Notes under the pieces: model-generated
Databases searched by the model: none
What the model was told of the DNA's origin: nothing
Seen by the model: only the letters and a program-made list of their open reading frames with translations
Shown here: positions 61,380 to 64,000 of the stretch, in pieces
How the letters are laid out: each line of letters starts with the position of its first letter
Position numbering within the stretch: the first letter of the stretch is position 1
Program-made: the position numbers and the translations under genes
NCBI RefSeq assembly: GCF_009914755.1
Contig: NC_060936.1
Length of the DNA: 64,000 nt
Strand: one strand, 5' to 3'
DNA from: the human T2T-CHM13v2.0 reference genome, Homo sapiens

Positions 61380-63630
61380 GCCACTAGAATCTGTCCATGC
61401 TGATGGGTGAGGGTCTTCTCCTACAGAAGGCCAGTCACATGATGAATAAGAAAGATGACTGTTTTGTCTGATGTGCAGACACCAACACAGAAAGTCAAAA
61501 AAGAAAAAAGAAACAGAGAAACATGTTTTAAAGAACAAGACAAATTTCTGGAAATCAACTCTAATAAAACAGTTATGAAATCTACCTGACAGAGATTTAA
61601 AATAATCCTTATAAAGAGGCTTACCAAGATCAGGAGAACAATGCATGAAGAAAGTGAGAATTTCAACAAAGAAATAAAAAATATAAAAAGTACCAAATAG
61701 AAATAATAAAGCTGGAGAACATTAGAACTAAATGAAATATTCACTAAAGGGATTCAATAGGAGACTACATTAAGCAGAAGAAAGAATTCGTAAATACGAA
61801 GACAGGTCATTGGAAAGTATTCAGTCAGAGAAGCAAAGAGAACAAAGAATGAAAAAGGGTAAAGAAAGCTTAAGAGACTTATGGAATACCATCGAGCAAC
61901 CAATATATGTGTAATGTGAGTCTTAGAAGAAGTATGAGAGAGAAAGGATCAGAAAGCATGATCAAAAAAATAATTGCTGAAACTTCTTATCTAGAAAAGG
62001 AAGTGGAAATACAGATCCAGAAAGCCTAAAGAATCCAAAAGAAGATGAACCTAAAGTAACCCACGTCAAGACACTTTATAACGAAATTATCAAAAGTCAA
62101 GGGCAGAATGTTGAAAACAGCAAGAGAAAAGCAACTTGCCACATATAAGTGAATACCTGTAAAACTATCAGCAGATTTTTCAGCAGAAATATAGGCCAAA
62201 AAAGAGTGGAATGAATTATTTAAACTATTGAAAGAAAAAAAGTTTAAAAAGCTGCCAACCAAGAATACTATATTCAGCAAAAGCATTCTTCAAAAAAATA
62301 AAGAGACATAGACTCTTCCATATAAACAAAAGATGAAGAAATTCACTACCACTACATCTGCCTTAGAAGAAATGCTAAAGAGATGTCTTCTAGTTGAAGT
62401 AAAAAGGCATTGAAAAGCAACACAGCATAATAAATTATAAAACTTGTCAGTAAAGGTAAATATATAGACAAATATAGAAAACTATTATTGTAATGGTGTT
62501 GAAGAAATTACTTGTTAGTATAAGAGTCAAAAGACAAAAGTATTAAAAGTAACTACAACTACAAAGTATGTTTATGCATACACAATATAAATGGATGTAA
62601 ACTGTATTATCAATAACATGAAGTGTGGATGGGAATTAATAACAACAGGCTTTTTCTATGTGAATGAAGTTAAGTTGTTAGCTTAAAATAGGCTATTATA
62701 TTTTATGTAAGGCCTATGATAATCAAAAGTAAAATACCTATAAAAGTAACAAAAAAAGGAGAGGTAGGGAGAGAAAAAATAATTCTTAAAAATAACTACA
62801 AAAAATTATAGAAAGTATTGAATTTCTATAAAATTCTAGAAACACAAAGAAAGATCACAAGAAAAAAAAGGGACCAAATGAATGTAAGACAAAAAAAATT
62901 AAAATGTCAATAGTAAATTTTTCCCTATCAATAATTACTATAAATATAAATGAATTAAACTCTTCAATCAGAAGACAGAGAGTGGCTGAATGAATAAACA
63001 AGATCCAACCATATGCTATCTACAAGAAACTTACTTTAGATTTAAGGAAATCAATCGAAGATTGACAATGAAGGGATGGAAAAAGATATTTCAAACAAAT
63101 GGCAACAAAAAGAGTGCAGAAGTAGCTATACTTATATCAGATAAAATAGACTTTGAAGTCAAAAACACAATAGGAGACCCCAATACCCCTGCTTTTTATA
63201 ATACATGGAACAATTAGACAGAAAATCAACAAAGAAAACATTTAACAACATTATAGACAACATGAACCTAACAGACATTTACAGAGCATTCCACCCAACA
63301 GCTGGAGAATACCCATTATTCTCAAGCATACATAGAGCATTCTCTAGGATAGATTACATGTTAGCTTACAAAACAAATATTAACAAATTTAAGAAGATTG
63401 AAATTATACCATATCTTAAAATATCTTCTAATTTGCCCTTTGATTTCTTATTTGACCCACTGATTGTTGAAAAATGTGTTGTTTAATTTTCACATATTTA
63501 CAATTTTCCAATTTTCCTTCTGCTATTAATTTCTAGATTCATTCCATTATAATACAAGAAGATACTTGGTGCAATTTCAATCTTCTTAAATTTGTTCATA
63601 CTTGTTTTGTAACCTAACATGATCAATATG
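61380..63630 (+). mobile_element. Old L1M (ORF1 plus ORF2 endonuclease region) with inverted terminal piece 63415-63630
   Basis: QDPTICYLQET, KGWKKIFQTNG, LTDIYRAFHP, FSRIDYML. Confidence 0.8.
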
Positions 63631-63780
63631 CTCCTTTGTGATTAAAGAATGGGTAAGACAACTATCTGGAGGAGAAGGAAAAAGCAATATTGAATCAGGA
63701 ATTTTGGTTTTGATTAGGAAAGGTTATATGAAGCTACTGATGTTCTTCATGTAGACTTCCTTGCTATTAAATTGGCAAAA

Positions 63781-64000
63781 GAGGAAGATGGCCGAATAGG
63801 AACACCTCAGGTCTACAGCTCCCAGCGTGAGTGATGCAGAAGACAGGTGATTTCTGCATTTCCATCTGAGGTACTGGTTTCATCTCACTAGGGAGTGCCA
63901 GACAGTGGGTGCAGGACAGTGGGTGCAGCGCACCGTGTGCTAGCCGAAGCAGGGTAAGGCATTGCCTCACTCGGGAAGTGCAAGGGGTCAGGGAGTTCCC
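63781..64000 (+). mobile_element. L1PA 5' UTR start (runs off window)
   Basis: AAGATGGCCGAATAGGAACA...CTACAGCTCCCAGCGTGAG. Confidence 0.92.

Overview
Human genomic DNA (an AluYa5 with its diagnostic bases is present), AT-rich and dominated by interspersed repeats. These include about 17 Alu/FLAM elements, a two-LTR HERV-I/HERVIP10-type (LTR10) provirus on the minus strand (6732-14487), a near-full-length old L1MA-type element (16631-23976), a full-length L1PA (39268-45410, minus), solo LTRs (MLT2, MER51, MaLR), MER44, MER81, MIR and L2. No intact protein-coding gene is visible; nearly all ORF-track entries are repeat-derived or spurious. The main observation is that the unique gaps between repeats hold about 25-30 short plus-strand segments, many with AG/GT splice signals. 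Their translations follow the centrosomal protein centriolin (CNTRL/CEP110) in order, from about 900 to 60740. They carry many stops and frameshifts and one is split by an Alu, which points to an ancient, intron-containing, dead centriolin paralog. The CNTRL comparison is from recalled sequence by eye and needs tblastn confirmation. Several small template-switch and duplication scars are also recorded.
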